A DNA stretch of 64,000 nucleotides from Prevotella sp. (GTDB taxonomy: Bacteria; Bacteroidota; Bacteroidia; Bacteroidales; Dysgonomonadaceae), in assembly GCA_031285625.1 (NCBI GenBank), contig JAITVV010000006.1, forward strand, positions 1 through 64,000, in the 5' to 3' direction. The notes under the pieces were generated by a model. That model was not told the origin of the DNA. It saw only the letters and a list, made by a program, of their open reading frames with translations, and did no database searches. Made by a program: the position numbers and the translations under genes. Below are positions 13,043 to 22,687 of the stretch, piece by piece (position 1 is the stretch's first letter; each line of letters starts with the position of its first letter).

Positions 13043-14743
13043 ATGGATTGGATAATAAAAACACTGCAAGGCACACCCGAACTTGCAATTTTTTTAACCC
13101 TTGCCCTTGGATTTGCTATCGGAAGGATTAAAATTAAGGGTTTCAGCTTAGGCTCTGTCACAGGGGTTCTATTGATGGGGGTTCTGGTAGGCCAGTTAGG
13201 TATTGTTATTTCTCCTACCGTAAAATCCACATTTTTCTTAATATTCTTGTTTGCAGTAGGATATAGTGTTGGTCCACAGTTTATACATGGACTAAAAAAA
13301 GATGGTCTTCCTCAAATAGCTTTTGCAGCAATAGTTTGCGTTGCCTGTTTGGTTGTAGCATGGGTTGCTGCTATTATCGCTGGATTCGATTTAGGCAATG
13401 CAGCCGGATTATTAGCCGGAGCTAATACTATTTCCGCTGTTATTGGTGTTGCCAGTGACACTATTAATCAGCTGGCTATAGGTGATGATCAGAAACATAC
13501 TTTTATCAATCAGATACCCGTAGCATATGCAGTTACTTATATTTTTGGAACAGCAGGCACAGCATGGTTTCTGGCATCAGTCGGACCTAAATTGTTAGGT
13601 AAAAACGTTATAGAGAAAACTAAGGAATATGAAAAGACACTAGGAGGCTCTATCAACGAAGAAGATTCCAGTATGGAATATGCTTATGATGGTACTACAT
13701 TCAGATCGATAGAAGTAACGAATGATTTCTTTAATGGAGGAAAGACGGTTCAGGAACTGGAAGATGCTCTCGTTCGAAAAGGGTGGCCTGTTTATGTAGA
13801 ACGTATTCGTCCGGTAAAGGGGGAAATAATTCAGGAACCTACTCCTGATATAAAAATTAATAAAGGTGATCGCCTTGTTCTCAATGGTCCTGTAGACGCT
13901 CTGATCTCAGATGAGAACTCAATAGGTGTAGAAGTTGCCGATATTGAACTTCTGGATTTTAAGGCTGAAGCTATCAGGGTAATCGTATCCAATAAGGAAG
14001 TTGTCGGAAAAACGCTGTTAGAACTCAAAACAAGTAAAGAACGCCATGGGGCAATAATAAGAAAAATTCATAGGGGTAAAGTTACAATCCCTCTTCTGAA
14101 AAATGTAAAACTACAACGGGGTGATATCATTGAGGTTGAGGGTCGCAAAGCTGATGTAGACCGCTTTGCCAATTATCTTGGTATAGCCGAACGTCCTACT
14201 AATGTAACCGACTTACTATATGTGGGCTTGGGTATCTTTTTAGGGGGAATTATCGGCTCCCTGACCATACGCACCGGAAATATTCCTCTAAGCCTGAGTG
14301 CCAGTGGAGGAGTCCTCATTATGGGAATCATATTTGGCTGGGTACGTTCCCTGCGTCCTACATTTGGTGCTATTCCCGAACCGTCTATCTGGTTGATGAA
14401 CAATATGGGATTAAACATATTCATCGCAGTGGTGGGTATCAATGCCGGGCCGGATTTTATTGCCGGACTTAAAGCTGCCGGGGTGAGCTTGTTCATCGCA
14501 GGTATATTTGTCAGTCTGGTACCAATGTTTATAGGTCTTCTGCTCGGACGGTTTGTCTTCAAATTTCAACCTGCAATCACATTGGGAGCCTGTGCCGGAG
14601 CCCGTACTACGACAGCTGCTTTAGGGGCGCTGGAAGACTCTCTGCAAAGTAAAGTACCTGCCCTTTCATATACAACGACTTATGCTGTCGGCAACACACT
14701 TCTTATTATCTGGGGTGTAGTCATTGTGTTACTGATGAGTTAA
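13043..14743 (+). CDS. aspT: Aspartate:alanine antiporter (AAEx family)
   Basis: FLFAVGYSVGPQF, AYAVTYIFGT, two TrkA-C domains, GACAGARTTTAAL, YAVGNTLL; directly upstream of aspD. Confidence 0.92.
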   Translation: MDWIIKTLQGTPELAIFLTLALGFAIGRIKIKGFSLGSVTGVLLMGVLVGQLGIVISPTVKSTFFLIFLFAVGYSVGPQFIHGLKKDGLPQIAFAAIVCVACLVVAWVAAIIAGFDLGNAAGLLAGANTISAVIGVASDTINQLAIGDDQKHTFINQIPVAYAVTYIFGTAGTAWFLASVGPKLLGKNVIEKTKEYEKTLGGSINEEDSSMEYAYDGTTFRSIEVTNDFFNGGKTVQELEDALVRKGWPVYVERIRPVKGEIIQEPTPDIKINKGDRLVLNGPVDALISDENSIGVEVADIELLDFKAEAIRVIVSNKEVVGKTLLELKTSKERHGAIIRKIHRGKVTIPLLKNVKLQRGDIIEVEGRKADVDRFANYLGIAERPTNVTDLLYVGLGIFLGGIIGSLTIRTGNIPLSLSASGGVLIMGIIFGWVRSLRPTFGAIPEPSIWLMNNMGLNIFIAVVGINAGPDFIAGLKAAGVSLFIAGIFVSLVPMFIGLLLGRFVFKFQPAITLGACAGARTTTAALGALEDSLQSKVPALSYTTTYAVGNTLLIIWGVVIVLLMS

Positions 14744-14765
14744 TAAATTACTAAAACATATAAAT

Positions 14766-16406
14766 ATGGATATTGATAAATTAAGGACTTCACGAAAACG
14801 TGAACAACAATTAGAACAGTTAAGCCCATTTGAGCTAAAAGATAATCTGATAGCATTAGCTTCAGACCAACAAAAGAAACCTGTAAAAACAATGCTGAAT
14901 GCAGGTCGTGGTAATCCCAATTGGACAGCAACAGTTCCGCGCGAAGCATTTTTTGCTCTCGGTCAGTTTGGTATTGAAGAAAGTAAACGTGCTATGAATA
15001 AACCTTCGGGGCTCAGTGGAATTCCACAAATTGACGGGATAGCCAAACGCTTTGAAGATTTTCTGGAAAAGAACAAGCAGCAACCGGGAGCTGAGCTTCT
15101 AAGAGGCTTATACAATTACGGAATTAAAAAACATAACTTCACTCCTGACAAATGGGTGTTCGAATTGGCAGAAGGTATAATTGGCGATCAGTATCCAAGT
15201 CCTGTGCGCATGTTGAAGCAAACAGAAATAATTGTACATGATTATCTGATTCAGGAGATGTGTGGCAACGACCCTGTGCGTAATGGTAAATATGACCTCT
15301 TTGCTGTAGAGGGAGGCACAGCAGCAATGTGTTATATCTTCGATTCGCTTGTTGAAAATTGCTTACTGAAGAAAGGAGACCGGATAGCCTTAGGTGTCCC
15401 TGTATTTACACCTTATTTAGAGATTCCGGAATTAGCAAGGTATGACTTTAAAGTAACTTATATACATGGTTCGGCTAAGGATAAAGATGGTAATTCTACC
15501 TTCCAGTATCCAGATGAAGAACTAGACAAGCTGGGAGACAAGTCAATAAAGGCATTCTTTATTGTAAACCCTAGTAACCCTACATCAGTGGAAATATCTG
15601 ACCATAGCCGAAAGTATCTGGTAAAGGTGGTGAAAAATCTGAATCCTAATCTGATGATATTAACCGATGATGTATATGGTACGTTTGTTCCGGGATTCAA
15701 CTCCCTTATGAACGAACTTCCTCAAAACACATTATGCGTTTACTCCTTCTCAAAATATTTTGGTGCTACAGGATGGAGGTTAGGTGTAATTGCCTTGTAT
15801 GAGGATAATATCTACGACGATATGTTGTCTGCCATTCCTGAAAAAGACAAGCAACGTTTGGCTAAACTATATGAAAGCCTGACATTATATCCATCTAAAC
15901 TTAAATTTATAGACAGGCTTGTAGCCGATAGCCGACAGGTTGCATTGAATCATACAGCAGGATTATCTACGCCACAACAGATACAGATGTTGTTATTTGC
16001 TGCTTTTGCTCTTCTTGATACTGAGAATAAGTACAAAAAAGATTGTATCGACCTTCTTCAGCACCGTTATTCTTTACTATGGGAAGGTATAAATATTCCG
16101 CTTACTCCCGATCCTGAGCGTGCTGCTTACTATTGTGAGATAGACATTCATGAATGGGCAATGAAAAACTATGGAAAAGAGTTTGTACAGTTCCTTGAAA
16201 AGAATTTTGAACCTGTAGATATTGTTTTCCGCTTGGCTGAAAAATCTTCTATTGTACTACTCAATGGTGGTGGTTTTGCCGGTCCGGAGTGGTCCGTACG
16301 TGTATCGCTCGCTAATCTCGAAGACGAAGACTATAGTGTAATAGGTAAAGAACTATCGGAAACTATGCAGGATTATGTAGAAGCCTGGGAGAGTACAAAG
16401 AAGTAA
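14766..16406 (+). CDS. aspD: Aspartate 4-(beta-)decarboxylase, PLP-dependent
   Basis: LSPFELKDNL, NAGRGNPNW, VNPSNP, TDDVYGTF, SFSKYFGATGWRLG (PLP Lys), LNHTAGLSTPQQ. Confidence 0.95.
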   Translation: MDIDKLRTSRKREQQLEQLSPFELKDNLIALASDQQKKPVKTMLNAGRGNPNWTATVPREAFFALGQFGIEESKRAMNKPSGLSGIPQIDGIAKRFEDFLEKNKQQPGAELLRGLYNYGIKKHNFTPDKWVFELAEGIIGDQYPSPVRMLKQTEIIVHDYLIQEMCGNDPVRNGKYDLFAVEGGTAAMCYIFDSLVENCLLKKGDRIALGVPVFTPYLEIPELARYDFKVTYIHGSAKDKDGNSTFQYPDEELDKLGDKSIKAFFIVNPSNPTSVEISDHSRKYLVKVVKNLNPNLMILTDDVYGTFVPGFNSLMNELPQNTLCVYSFSKYFGATGWRLGVIALYEDNIYDDMLSAIPEKDKQRLAKLYESLTLYPSKLKFIDRLVADSRQVALNHTAGLSTPQQIQMLLFAAFALLDTENKYKKDCIDLLQHRYSLLWEGINIPLTPDPERAAYYCEIDIHEWAMKNYGKEFVQFLEKNFEPVDIVFRLAEKSSIVLLNGGGFAGPEWSVRVSLANLEDEDYSVIGKELSETMQDYVEAWESTKK

Positions 16407-16422
16407 AAAATAAACTAATTAT

Positions 16423-17493
16423 ATGATTATGAGAACAAATATCAAAAGAGTATTCGGCTTGTTAATGATGATGATGGTAATATCCATCGCATCAAATGCG
16501 CAAGCGAAAAAGACCGTATATATCCTTGCCACCGGAGGTACTATTGCCGGACAAGGAGCAACAGAAGTCACAGCCGGATACAAAGCCGGAGCAATTACCG
16601 TTGATGAATTATTAAGTGCTGTTCCTGAAATTAAAGATATTGCAAACATCAAAGCGGAGCAGGTTGCCAATATTGGTAGTCAGGATATGAATGATCAGGT
16701 ATGGCTAAAATTAAGCAAACGTGTGAATGAACTGCTAAATCAGGATGCAGATGCAATTGTAATTACACATGGTACAGATACACAAGAAGAAACGGCATAT
16801 TTTTTGAATCTTACAGTCAAAAGCGATAAACCGGTTATCCTGGTAGGTTCTATGCGTCCATCTACTGCCATCAGTGCAGATGGCCCACGTAATATTTATA
16901 ATGCCGTGGCTACAGCAGTAGCTCCCGAATCGGTTGGTAAAGGAGTAACAGTAGTTATGGATGATAAGATATTGGGTGCGGATGATCTGGCAAAGACCAA
17001 TACATTGAGTGTGGGTACATTTCAAAATCCGAATTACGGTCCCTTAGGTATTGTATATAACGGAAAGCCAATTTATACACGCCAGTCGTTGAAACGCCAT
17101 ACTATAAATTCTGAATTTGATGTAACCAATCTCTCTGAGTTGCCCAGAGTAGAGATCATATTGAGTTATTCGAATGCAACTTCTTTGTTTGTAGATGCAG
17201 CTGTTAAGGCTCATGTAAAGGGAATTGTTACAGCAGGAGTAGGTAATGGTAATCTAACTACTGATTTGCAAAATGCACTCGAAAAAGCTGTAAAGAATCA
17301 TGGTATAGCTGTTGTACGTTCATCCCGTATAATGACAGGCCCGACTGCCCAATGGGACGAAATAAATGATGATCAACTTGGTTTTTCTGCATCATGGTTT
17401 AATAACCCGTACAGATCACGGGTATTACTCATGCTGGCATTAACCAAAACCAAGGATTATAAAGAGATACAGCGTATGTTCTCTGAATATTAA
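16423..17493 (+). CDS. ansB: Type II (periplasmic) L-asparaginase
   Basis: Signal peptide; ILATGGTIAG, NIGSQDM, THGTDT, GSMRPSTAISADGP. Confidence 0.93.
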   Translation: MIMRTNIKRVFGLLMMMMVISIASNAQAKKTVYILATGGTIAGQGATEVTAGYKAGAITVDELLSAVPEIKDIANIKAEQVANIGSQDMNDQVWLKLSKRVNELLNQDADAIVITHGTDTQEETAYFLNLTVKSDKPVILVGSMRPSTAISADGPRNIYNAVATAVAPESVGKGVTVVMDDKILGADDLAKTNTLSVGTFQNPNYGPLGIVYNGKPIYTRQSLKRHTINSEFDVTNLSELPRVEIILSYSNATSLFVDAAVKAHVKGIVTAGVGNGNLTTDLQNALEKAVKNHGIAVVRSSRIMTGPTAQWDEINDDQLGFSASWFNNPYRSRVLLMLALTKTKDYKEIQRMFSEY

Positions 17494-17503
17494 ATCTATA
17501 TAA

Positions 17504-17549
17504 AAAAGAGACTATTTAAAACTATGTTACTTTTTAGATAGTCTCTTTT
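17504..17549. terminator. Intergenic hairpin between ansB and porin (terminator/attenuator or stabiliser)
   Basis: AAAAGAGACTAT/ATAGTCTCTTTT stem. Confidence 0.6.
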
Positions 17550-17564
17550 CAAAATCACATCTAC

Positions 17565-18650
17565 ATGAAGAAGTTATATATAATGTTAGGGGCTTTATTT
17601 CTAAGCCTCGGGGCATTTGCACAACATAAGGAAAGTCAGAATATACTGGATAAACTCTTGTGGGACGACAAAATGCTGAATATAATGTTGGATACACGTG
17701 TCGATTTTCAGACTACCCTCAATAATGGAGACTTAGATGAAGCTACTTTTCGTGGGCAAACAGTTAAAATATGGCTGGTTGGTGAAATTATACCGGGTAT
17801 CAGGTATCGGGTAAGGCATCGTTTAAATAAACCTCAAGCTCCTCTCAGAGAAGGCTATTCCGCTGCTACAGACCAGGCGTGGCTGGCTTTTGACCTTGGA
17901 ACAAAATGGACAATAACAGCCGGAAAACAATCGGTGCAGTTTGGTACATTCGAGTACGATTACAATCCGGCTGATATATATCAGCCAACAATGGCCTTCG
18001 ACGATCTGGATGCATACAAAACCGGAGTCAATTTTGCTTACAAGTTTTTGGGGCAAACGATGAATCTGCAAGTAGTAAACTCCGATGCGCCTCAGTTTGC
18101 AAGCGACGACTATAAAAATAAGGCTTTAGCTATAAATGTTTTATGGGAAGGTAATCTGTTTAAAGATGTTCTAAAAACAAGATGGGGATATGGTGTATTC
18201 CAACATAGTAAGACAAAGTTTTATCACTGGCTTACTGCCGGAACACAGTTGAATGTAGGTAAATTCACCACCGAATTGGATTATTATTTCGGAAATCGTA
18301 ATATGGATTACAGTTCACTTGTAGAAGACGTAGACCTAGGAATAAGATACGTACGGGATCAATCAGTGTCTCTGAATTTCAAATATGATTTTGGAAAATG
18401 GAAACCTTTTATAAAAGGTACATGGAACCAGCGCCACGATAAAGAATTTGACAGTAATGCATATGAAAGTATGGGTATACAGGCCGTTATGGAATTTTAT
18501 CCTTTTACAAACTCCTTAGCTAAAGACTTGCGCTTTCATGCTATGTATGCTTATAGCAATACAAATTTTGAAGGAGAGTTCGCCGGATTACATAATAAAG
18601 ATACTCATAGCTTATTGGTAGGGACACGATGGTTGTTCAAAGCCAAATAG
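17565..18650 (+). CDS. Outer-membrane porin (OprO/OprP-like beta-barrel)
   Basis: Signal peptide, alternating aromatic beta-strands, YRVRHRLN...ATDQAW...AGKQSVQFGTFEYDYNPAD; similar porins accompany ansB in Bacteroidales. Confidence 0.7.
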   Translation: MKKLYIMLGALFLSLGAFAQHKESQNILDKLLWDDKMLNIMLDTRVDFQTTLNNGDLDEATFRGQTVKIWLVGEIIPGIRYRVRHRLNKPQAPLREGYSAATDQAWLAFDLGTKWTITAGKQSVQFGTFEYDYNPADIYQPTMAFDDLDAYKTGVNFAYKFLGQTMNLQVVNSDAPQFASDDYKNKALAINVLWEGNLFKDVLKTRWGYGVFQHSKTKFYHWLTAGTQLNVGKFTTELDYYFGNRNMDYSSLVEDVDLGIRYVRDQSVSLNFKYDFGKWKPFIKGTWNQRHDKEFDSNAYESMGIQAVMEFYPFTNSLAKDLRFHAMYAYSNTNFEGEFAGLHNKDTHSLLVGTRWLFKAK

Positions 18651-18680
18651 TGCTTTTGTTTTATATTTTAGGTAAGGACG

Positions 18681-18715
18681 ACCGCTCGAGATTTATATTT
18701 TGAGCGGTTTCTTTT
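18681..18715 (+). terminator. Intrinsic terminator
   Basis: ACCGCTC/GAGCGGT stem followed by a T-rich tail. Confidence 0.65.
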
Positions 18716-18799
18716 ATAGCATTAATAAGTTGAGAAATTGTCTTATTAATGAAAGAACTAAAATAAGGAGGCTTTTGTTTGTTAAGAAACTGGCAGAAT

Positions 18800-18852
18800 A
18801 AAAAAGTAACCAATAAAAAACTATTATAAAGTTGTTACTTTTGTTACTTTTT
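18800..18852 (-). repeat. GTRAC dispersed repeat, copy 2
   Basis: Minus strand: AAAAAGTAACAAAAGTAACA-N21-GGTTACTTTTTT. Confidence 0.7.
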
Positions 18853-18887
18853 ATTTCTGTAATTTTACAAAAAAAATAGATTAAGAG

Positions 18888-19586
18888 ATGGATTGGGGAG
18901 ATAATATAATCAGTGGATTGGAATGGTCAGCCGAAATTACCAACAGGGAAGGAAAAGAACGTGTTGGTATGAATATTGCGAACAAAATGAAAGATAGGGA
19001 TATTATCGGTGTGGGATCCGGCTCTACTGTATACATTGCTCTACTGGCTATGGCAAAAAGGATAAGGCATGAGAGTCTGCATATTCAGGTTATCCCATCT
19101 TCAATGGAAATATCTATGACTTGTATTCAACTGGGAATTCCTCAAACCACCCTTTTGGATAAGAAACCTGACTGGACTTTTGACGGAGCAGACGAAGTAG
19201 ACCCGAATAACAACCTGATAAAGGGAAGAGGTGGAGCTATGTTCAAGGAGAAACTTTTGATATGTAACAGTAAAGAGACTTACATTATTATTGATGAATC
19301 AAAGTTTGTAGACAAATTAGGGTCTAAATTTCCCGTTCCGATTGAAGTTTTTCCAATCTCATTGCCTTATGTAGAACAGGAGGTAAGAGCACTGGGGGCA
19401 ACTGATGTAATTCTGAGACTAGCCAAAGGGAAAGATGGTCCTATCCTTACCGAAAACGGTAATTTTATTATTGATGCCTGGTTTAGTTTAATTGATAACG
19501 GGTTGGAGAACCGGATAAAATCAATCACAGGAGTGATTGAGAGCGGGCTGTTTATTGGGTATGATGTAAAGATAATAAAGTCCTGA
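18888..19586 (+). CDS. rpiA: Ribose-5-phosphate isomerase A
   Basis: GVGSGST, DGADEVD, IKGRGGA, EK and TENGNFIID motifs. Confidence 0.93.
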   Translation: MDWGDNIISGLEWSAEITNREGKERVGMNIANKMKDRDIIGVGSGSTVYIALLAMAKRIRHESLHIQVIPSSMEISMTCIQLGIPQTTLLDKKPDWTFDGADEVDPNNNLIKGRGGAMFKEKLLICNSKETYIIIDESKFVDKLGSKFPVPIEVFPISLPYVEQEVRALGATDVILRLAKGKDGPILTENGNFIIDAWFSLIDNGLENRIKSITGVIESGLFIGYDVKIIKS

Positions 19587-19865
19587 TCCGTAATGTGATA
19601 TATGTTTGTTACAAGAATAAGATACTAGATTTGGAAGAAAATCAGCCTGTAACCTTTAAAGGTATGGTGCTGGAGATATTATATGGCAATTTCAAAAGAA
19701 TATATTGATGAACGCTGATGGAATAAGCGATATAGAATATATAAATCAACTATCATAACTGTTTCTTAATACAAAATTTACGAGATAAGTGTTATTTACT
19801 TTTCCTTATTTACGTTAAAAAGTTATCTTTGCACTGGGAAAAATTAATCTAAAAATAATTATATT

Positions 19866-20771
19866 ATGAAACCAACTTTGTATGTACTTGCTGCTGGCAT
19901 GGGGAGTCGTTATGGCGGTCTGAAACAGCTTGACGGACTTGGCCCTAACGGTGAAACAATTATGGACTATTCTATCTATGATGCTCTTAGAGCCGGATTT
20001 GGTAAAATAGTTTTTGTAATTAGAAAATCTTTTGATAAAGAATTTCGTGAAAAAATAATCTCCAAGTACGATAAACATGTTCCGGTAGAAGTAGTTTATC
20101 AGGAACTGGATAATTTACCAAAAGGTTTTGAATTACATCCCGACAGGCAAAAACCATGGGGTACTAACCATGCAGTAATGATGGCTAAGGATGTTATTCA
20201 CGAACCGTTTGCTGTAATCAATGCAGATGATTTTTATGGACGTGAGAGTTATGCTATTCTTGCCGATCAATTGAAAGCAATGGAAGGTAAAGAAAACCAT
20301 TATTGTATGGTTGGTTACCGTCTTCACAATACATTATCAGAGAGTGGTGCTGTTGCCAGAGGCGTTTGCGAAACAGATGATGATCATTTCTTGACAAGCA
20401 TTGTTGAACGTACTCATATTGAACGTAAAGATGGTACTATACAATATAAAGATGCAGAAAATTATTGGTTCGAACTGGCTGAGAATACTCCTGTGTCAAT
20501 GAATATGTGGGGCTTTACTCCTGACTATTTCGAGCACTCGGATAAATACTTCGTTAAGTTCCTCGAAATGAATGAGGGAAATCATAAAGCTGAGTATTTT
20601 ATTCCATTGATGGTCGATCATCTTATTATTAATAAAACAGCCGATGTGAAAGTGTTGGATACTCCTTCTAAATGGTTTGGCGTAACTTACGCTGAAGATA
20701 GAGAAGGTGTGGTACAAAAAATACAAAATCTGGTTGATAAAGGGGAATATCCAACTCCTTTATGGAAATGA
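19866..20771 (+). CDS. Sugar-phosphate nucleotidyltransferase (NTP_transferase family)
   Basis: LAAGMGSRYGGLKQ, KPWGT, VINADDFYG; TATCTTTG -7 box at 19824-19831. Confidence 0.85.
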   Translation: MKPTLYVLAAGMGSRYGGLKQLDGLGPNGETIMDYSIYDALRAGFGKIVFVIRKSFDKEFREKIISKYDKHVPVEVVYQELDNLPKGFELHPDRQKPWGTNHAVMMAKDVIHEPFAVINADDFYGRESYAILADQLKAMEGKENHYCMVGYRLHNTLSESGAVARGVCETDDDHFLTSIVERTHIERKDGTIQYKDAENYWFELAENTPVSMNMWGFTPDYFEHSDKYFVKFLEMNEGNHKAEYFIPLMVDHLIINKTADVKVLDTPSKWFGVTYAEDREGVVQKIQNLVDKGEYPTPLWK

Positions 20772-20947
20772 TATCCAAAAGGTTATTTTATTAATTTTTG
20801 AAACCTTTTATCATAGATTTTTGTTATTTTTGCAGGAGAAATCCATTGGCACTACACAAAATAGTCGCCTTTGTACACTAGGGATGACAAAAATGGATAA
20901 AATGATAAATAAATCACATTTATATTATAAATAAAATTTCAAAAACA

Positions 20948-21943
20948 ATGGTTAATTACAAAGACTTAGGCTTAGTTAACACTAAAGAAATGTTTGCGAA
21001 AGCAGTTGAGGGAGGATATGCAATCCCTGCTTTCAATTTTAACAATATGGAGCAATTGCAGGCTATCGTTTCTGCCGCTTCTGAAACTAAATCTCCAGTA
21101 ATCCTTCAGGTATCTAAAGGAGCTCGCGAATATGCTAACCCAATCTTATTACGTTATATGGCTCAGGGCGCTGTTGCATATGCTAAAAGCCTTGGATGGG
21201 AAAATCCTCAGATAGTATTACACCTTGACCATGGTGATACATTCGAAACATGTAAATCTTGTATCGATTCAGGTTTTTCTTCAGTTATGATCGATGGTTC
21301 TCATCTTCCATATGAAGAAAATATCGCTATGACTAAAAAAGTAGTAGAATACGCACACCAATTTGACGTAACAGTTGAAGGTGAACTTGGTGTATTAGCC
21401 GGAGTAGAAGACGAAGTTGTTGCAGAACATCATACATATACAAGACCTGAAGAAGTAGTAGATTTTGCTACAAGAACAGGTTGCGACTCTCTTGCTATTT
21501 CTATCGGTACTTCTCACGGAGCAAACAAATTTACTCCTGAACAATGTACCAGAGATGCTAACGGTATGTTAGTTCCTCCTCCATTACGTTTCGATATACT
21601 TGAAGCTATTGAGAAAGAACTTCCAGGATTCCCTATCGTTCTTCATGGTGCATCTTCTGTACCTCAGGAAGAAGTTGCCACTATCAATAAATATGGTGGT
21701 GCATTGAAAGATGCTATTGGTATTCCAGAAGAGCAATTGCGCAGAGCTGCAAAATCAGCAGTATGTAAAATTAATATTGACTCTGATAGCCGCTTAGCAA
21801 TGACTGCTGCAATCCGCGAAGTATTTGCAACTAAACCTGCAGAATTTGACCCTCGTAAATACCTAGGGCCAGCTCGTGAAAATGCTAAGAAACTATATAA
21901 GCATAAAATCGAAAAAGTACTTGGTAGTGCAGGTAAAGCATAA
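20948..21943 (+). CDS. fba: Class II fructose-1,6-bisphosphate aldolase
   Basis: HLDHG, SVMIDGS, VEGELG, GTSHG, VLHGAS, KINIDSD, DPRKYL. Confidence 0.95.
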   Translation: MVNYKDLGLVNTKEMFAKAVEGGYAIPAFNFNNMEQLQAIVSAASETKSPVILQVSKGAREYANPILLRYMAQGAVAYAKSLGWENPQIVLHLDHGDTFETCKSCIDSGFSSVMIDGSHLPYEENIAMTKKVVEYAHQFDVTVEGELGVLAGVEDEVVAEHHTYTRPEEVVDFATRTGCDSLAISIGTSHGANKFTPEQCTRDANGMLVPPPLRFDILEAIEKELPGFPIVLHGASSVPQEEVATINKYGGALKDAIGIPEEQLRRAAKSAVCKINIDSDSRLAMTAAIREVFATKPAEFDPRKYLGPARENAKKLYKHKIEKVLGSAGKA

Positions 21944-21962
21944 TCAAGTTATTCAAGAATAG

Positions 21963-21992
21963 AAAAGGGTTGCTGATAAAGCAACCCTTTTT
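21963..21992 (+). terminator. Intrinsic terminator
   Basis: AAAAGGGTTGCT/AGCAACCCTTTT. Confidence 0.85.
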
Positions 21993-22084
21993 GTTTTTGT
22001 AATATTTCTTTATCTAATTATGAACTACGAATAAGTTATGGTAAATATTTGTTGACGTATTTTTGTTATGCTGACAATAGGAAG

Positions 22085-22142
22085 CATCCTGATCCATTTA
22101 TCAAGGACAAAGGAGAAGAGATCCTTCGTTCCTCAGGATGAC
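22085..22142. repeat. Degenerate REP-like palindrome
   Basis: CATCCTGA...AGATCCTTCGTTCCTCAGGATGAC. Confidence 0.45.
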
Positions 22143-22183
22143 AAGAATGGAGAAAATGTACCAATAAATACTTTTAACTGAAT

Positions 22184-22240
22184 AGGTGACAGTAATAACG
22201 ATTTAAAAGCTGTTACTTTTGTCACCTTTGTCACTTTTTT
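22184..22240 (-). repeat. GTRAC dispersed repeat, copy 3 (three direct units)
   Basis: Minus strand: AAAAAAGTGACAAAGGTGACAAAAGTAACA-N19-TGTCACCT. Confidence 0.75.
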
Positions 22241-22256
22241 AACAATAATAACAGTA

Positions 22257-22283
22257 ACGTCTAGTTTTTTAGACGTATATTTG
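22257..22283 (+). promoter_or_regulatory. Candidate BlaI operator overlapping the -7 promoter box
   Basis: ACGTCTA-N6-TAGACGT perfect palindrome (22257-22276) abutting TATATTTG (22276-22283). Confidence 0.65.
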
Positions 22284-22301
22284 TTTTTTAACTAATATAT
22301 T

Positions 22302-22685
22302 ATGCAGCTAACGAAAGCAGAAGAACAAGTGATGCAGATACTCTGGACGATGGAGGAGGGGACTGTTCAGGATATCTTAAAAGGGTTTACCGAAAGTAAA
22401 CCGGCAAGAACTACTATTGCTACAGTCCTTAGTATTCTTGAAAATAAGAATTTTGTAGAGCATCGTACAGAAGGGCGTGTGAATATATATAAAGCGCTTA
22501 TACTAAAAGAAGAATACTCTAAAAAACAACTTTTCGGCTTTGTAAAAGATTATTTTAATGGCTCTTTCTCGTCGATGATTTCTTTTTTTGCCAAAGAGAC
22601 CAATCTTAGTATAGAGGAAATGGATACACTTTTGGAAGAGACCCGTCAGGCTCTGGAAGAAGAAAGTGATAATAAGAAAGAATAA
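22302..22685 (+). CDS. BlaI/MecI/CopY-family repressor
   Basis: LTKAEEQVMQILW, TTIATVLSILENKNFV, YFNGSFSSMISFF. Confidence 0.9.
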   Translation: MQLTKAEEQVMQILWTMEEGTVQDILKGFTESKPARTTIATVLSILENKNFVEHRTEGRVNIYKALILKEEYSKKQLFGFVKDYFNGSFSSMISFFAKETNLSIEEMDTLLEETRQALEEESDNKKE

Positions 22686-22687
22686 CT

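Noticed and set aside
19595-19708. 37-aa GTG-start ORF after rpiA
   Set aside because: Short, no recognisable motif; cannot be distinguished from chance or a remnant.
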